Source: an uncultured bacterium (GTDB lineage: Bacteria > Patescibacteriota > Microgenomatia > Levybacterales > UBA12049). Taken from it: 64,000 bases of DNA. Of this stretch, positions 61,133 to 64,000 are shown in pieces; position 1 is the first letter of the stretch, and the number at the start of each line of letters is the position of its first letter. Where the stretch lies: contig CAWGXL010000011.1 in assembly GCA_963826535.1 (NCBI GenBank), positions 384,809-448,808 of the forward strand. The letters run 5' to 3'. The notes under the pieces were generated by a model, which saw only the letters and a program-made list of their open reading frames with translations, did not search any database and had not been told where the DNA came from. The position numbers were made by a program, and so were the translations under genes.

Positions 61133-62701
61133 ATGCATTACGTGGCGGATTTGCATTTACATAGTAAATATTCACGGGCGGTGTCGCCGAGTATGACTCT
61201 TCCGGTAATGGCGCAATTCGCGAGACAAAAGGGACTGGATATTTTGACTGTTTCGGATTGGACACATCCGATTTGGTTTAGGGAAATACAGGGACAGTTA
61301 GAGGAAGCAGGGGAAGGAGTATACAAAATCAAAGATCCCCACAAGGGGACTACCTTCAAAGAAGGGTCGCAAAGTTCAAAGATCAAAACTACAACTCACG
61401 CCGACGTTAAAGCTATGGCGGGCGGGCAAAGCTCAAAATCACAAAAAGATATTTTATTTTTGCTTTCTACAGAAATCTCAAGCATCTATAAGCAGGGGGA
61501 TAAATTACGACGGATACATAATCTTATTTTTGTACCAAATTTGGAAACTGCGGAGAAAGTTAGTAAGGAACTACTACGGCGGGGGTGTAATTTGTCGGCT
61601 GATGGGCGGCCGATTATTGGTTTGTCTGCAAAAAATTTATTGGAGCTGATTTTAGCTATTGATGAAAGGTCGTTGCTTATTCCATGTCATATTTGGACGC
61701 CGCATTTTGGGGTTTATGGATCAAAAAGTGGGTTTGATTCACTTGAGGAGGCATTTGGTGATTTGGCAAAATATGTATATGGCGTTGAGACAGGTATTTC
61801 TTCTGATCCTGAAATGAACTGGCGAGTTGAGGAGCTTAGTAACCGGTCAATACTTTCATTTTCCGATGCACATTCTCCTGCTAATATGGCACGCGAGGCC
61901 ACGGCCTTTGAACTTTCGGAGCCGAGCTATGAAAATATAAGACAGGCATTTATGCGAACATCTAAACTTGTCATTGCGAGCGACCCGCCAGCTGGCGGAG
62001 AGCGTGGCAATCCCGTTGAGAAAGGGATTGCACCCCAAGAGTACTTGCCTCTTCGAGGTGGCGCTTCGTCGTCCTTAAATAAGGGGACTCCTCGCAATGA
62101 CAATCGTATAGCTTATACAATTGAATTTTATCCTGAAGAGGGTAAGTATCATTATTCAGGTCACCGAACATGCAAAATTTCCTTTTCGCCTCAAGAAATT
62201 AAAGAGCATGGAAAGATTTGTCCAGTCTGCAAACGGGAATTTACAGAAGGGGTAGCGCTTCGCATTGAGCAACTAGCCGGAGCGGCTAATGCAGACGGAT
62301 ATGAAGAGAAAATAAGCGAAAGCGGTGTTAAGTGGTATACGGATGGGTCAAAGAGGCATCCTCCATATGTTAAGCTTGTGCGACTTGAACAGATTATAGG
62401 AAGCGGGATGGGTCTTGGAGCAAAAAGCATTAAGGTGAAAGCCGAGTATGACAAATTAATGCGTGAATTTGGGTCGGAGCTTACTATTCTTCTTAAGTCA
62501 ACATTATCTGAGATAGAAAAAATAACTAATGCAAAAATTGCTGAGGGTGTGGGAAGAGTGAGAAAGGGAAAGCTTAAAATTGACCCGGGATATGACGGGG
62601 AATACGGGGTTGTAAAAATTTGGGATTCTGCAGAGCAGAATTTAAAGGGAAAAGAGGCTGGGGAAAAAATTTCTGAAGGGCAGTTGGGGCTGGACATCTA
62701 A
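61133..62701 (+). CDS. EndoQ-like PHP-domain nuclease (TIGR00375 family) with in-frame insertions
   Basis: N-terminal YVADLHLHSKYSRAVS (PHP His cluster as in archaeal EndoQ) and a C-terminal Zn finger C...CPVC. Insertions at 61324-61448 and 61985-62100. Confidence 0.6.
   Translation: MHYVADLHLHSKYSRAVSPSMTLPVMAQFARQKGLDILTVSDWTHPIWFREIQGQLEEAGEGVYKIKDPHKGTTFKEGSQSSKIKTTTHADVKAMAGGQSSKSQKDILFLLSTEISSIYKQGDKLRRIHNLIFVPNLETAEKVSKELLRRGCNLSADGRPIIGLSAKNLLELILAIDERSLLIPCHIWTPHFGVYGSKSGFDSLEEAFGDLAKYVYGVETGISSDPEMNWRVEELSNRSILSFSDAHSPANMAREATAFELSEPSYENIRQAFMRTSKLVIASDPPAGGERGNPVEKGIAPQEYLPLRGGASSSLNKGTPRNDNRIAYTIEFYPEEGKYHYSGHRTCKISFSPQEIKEHGKICPVCKREFTEGVALRIEQLAGAANADGYEEKISESGVKWYTDGSKRHPPYVKLVRLEQIIGSGMGLGAKSIKVKAEYDKLMREFGSELTILLKSTLSEIEKITNAKIAEGVGRVRKGKLKIDPGYDGEYGVVKIWDSAEQNLKGKEAGEKISEGQLGLDI
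61324..61448. repeat. in-CDS composite insertion (heptamers plus ccccacaaggggactac core) in the EndoQ-like gene
   Basis: Encodes KIKDPHKGTTFKEGSQSSKIKTTTHADVKAMAGGQSSKSQKD. Confidence 0.5.
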
Positions 62702-62768
62702 AGAATTTTCAATTTGAAATTTTCAATTTTCAATCAATTTACAATGTTTCAATTTTCAATTAAAAATT

Positions 62769-63674
62769 ATGACCTTTCTTGAGAAATACGAACTACTGAA
62801 AAAATCTATTCCTGTTCCGGCTATTGTAACTAGAGAATCTGTTGATTGTGAGTATGTAGATTATGCTTATAGATGTAAAAATTGCTATTATTGCCCTTAT
62901 GGATTTAGACTGACTGATAGTATATATACGTATCTTGGTTGGGGCATTAAGCTTGTTGATTGTGATACTGCAACTGAATCCGAAAAGTGTTATGAGTGTA
63001 TTCATTGTAAGAAATGTTACAACTCTACATATCTGATAGATTGCAATAGTTCTACTGATTGTCATTTTTCTTCCTTACTTAACTCGTGTACTGATTGTTT
63101 TGGTTGTGTCAGTCTTACCCATAAGAAATACTGTATATTTAATAAGCAATTCACAAAACAAGAATATTTTAAGAAAGTAGAAGCGAAGAGACGAGAAAAA
63201 CCGGAAAAACTTCTTGAACAAATGCTTGAGCTTAAAAAAACAATCCCACATCCGGCGAGTCAACAATTCGATAGTGAAAACAGTCCGTATGGTAATTATA
63301 TTTACTCGACTAAAAACAGCTTTTGGTGTTTTGACAGTCATTATATGGAAAATTCAGGCTATATTTATACTAGCGGTTTTTCAAAAAGATGTTGGGATAT
63401 GTTTGCAAGCGGAGCAACAATACAAGAAGGTACTTCCTCAGAGTTGTGTTATCAAATTGCTGATTCAGGCGGTTGTTATAACTGCGCATTTCTTTATCGT
63501 TGCGAATACTGTGCTAATTGTTTTTATAGCGATAATCTCATGAATTGTAATGACTGCTTCGGGTGCGTGGGACTAACAAAGAAAAAATATTGCATATTAA
63601 ATAATCAACTTACTAAAGACCAATATGAAAAAGCAATTAAAGTGATCAGAAAAGAGCTTGGGTGGAAAAATTAG
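62769..63674 (+). CDS. cysteine-rich repeat protein (paralog 2 of 3)
   Basis: 301 aa, collinear with the 38287 gene, same N-terminus and CFGC...KKYC motifs. Confidence 0.6.
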   Translation: MTFLEKYELLKKSIPVPAIVTRESVDCEYVDYAYRCKNCYYCPYGFRLTDSIYTYLGWGIKLVDCDTATESEKCYECIHCKKCYNSTYLIDCNSSTDCHFSSLLNSCTDCFGCVSLTHKKYCIFNKQFTKQEYFKKVEAKRREKPEKLLEQMLELKKTIPHPASQQFDSENSPYGNYIYSTKNSFWCFDSHYMENSGYIYTSGFSKRCWDMFASGATIQEGTSSELCYQIADSGGCYNCAFLYRCEYCANCFYSDNLMNCNDCFGCVGLTKKKYCILNNQLTKDQYEKAIKVIRKELGWKN

Positions 63675-63706
63675 CTAAAAAATTAGGTGCTATAATACTA
63701 AGCAAT

Positions 63707-64000
63707 GACATTTCTTGATAAGTATGAACTCCTAAAAAAATCTGTTCCTGTTCCGGCTGTAACCAGGGTGGATACTTTAGAATCTGAATATTCTGATTTT
63801 ATGGGTATGAGTAAAAATTGCTTCTATTGCTTTCATGGGTACAAACTCGTAGACAGTATGTATTCAATTCACGGATGGGGTGCTGACCTAATAGACTGCC
63901 TTTATACTACGGAATCAGAGCGATGCTACGAGTGTATTGAATCCACAAAGTGTCATAGCTGCACTTATCTTATAGAGTGCAACAACTGTACCGATTGTCA
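63707..64000 (+). CDS. cysteine-rich repeat protein (paralog 3, 3'-partial at window end)
   Basis: MTFLDKYELLKKSVPVPAV...CHSCTYLIECNNCTDC; runs off the window. Confidence 0.55.

Overview
The 64 kb window reads as a compact, gene-dense bacterial chromosome using the standard genetic code. Its content fits a small-genome Candidate Phyla Radiation (CPR) / Patescibacteria-type organism, but that placement is an inference. I call about 70 protein-coding genes, 8 tRNAs and one tmRNA. Housekeeping genes with clear motifs: smpB, two tandem class-A PBPs, murD, tgt, trpS, ftsH, recF, rpiB, rpe, def, fpg-like, a Pol I-type 5'-3' exonuclease, an ATP-dependent DNA ligase and an EndoQ-like PHP nuclease. 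Accessory genes: two Fic genes, a VapC-type and a RelE/ParE-type toxin-antitoxin pair, a GIY-YIG nuclease, NUDIX, VIT, YhhQ and DedA. RNA genes: one tRNA is an initiator tRNA-fMet split by a ~184-nt group I intron; a ~455-nt tmRNA lies directly downstream of smpB; two tRNAs carry unusual anticodons (apparent Arg-GCG and Ile-UAU). Most unusual observations: (1) the intron-containing initiator tRNA; (2) families of short repeats (7-bp-periodic A/T-rich arrays and GC-rich hairpin modules) that sit between genes and are also inserted in-frame inside conserved genes; (3) a two-gene cassette, a small ~65-aa protein translationally coupled to a ~138-aa retropepsin-like aspartic protease, present twice, once flanked by a duplicated 5' end of the EndoQ gene; (4) a family of ~300-aa cysteine-rich repeat proteins in three copies; (5) ~120-190 bp AT-rich palindromic intergenic elements centred on AAAACGTTTT in three places; (6) an array of ACATGTCAA repeats with a 26-bp perfect palindrome upstream of a Fic gene; (7) a small transporter gene split by an in-frame TAA. 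No rRNA, CRISPR array or transposase was seen.
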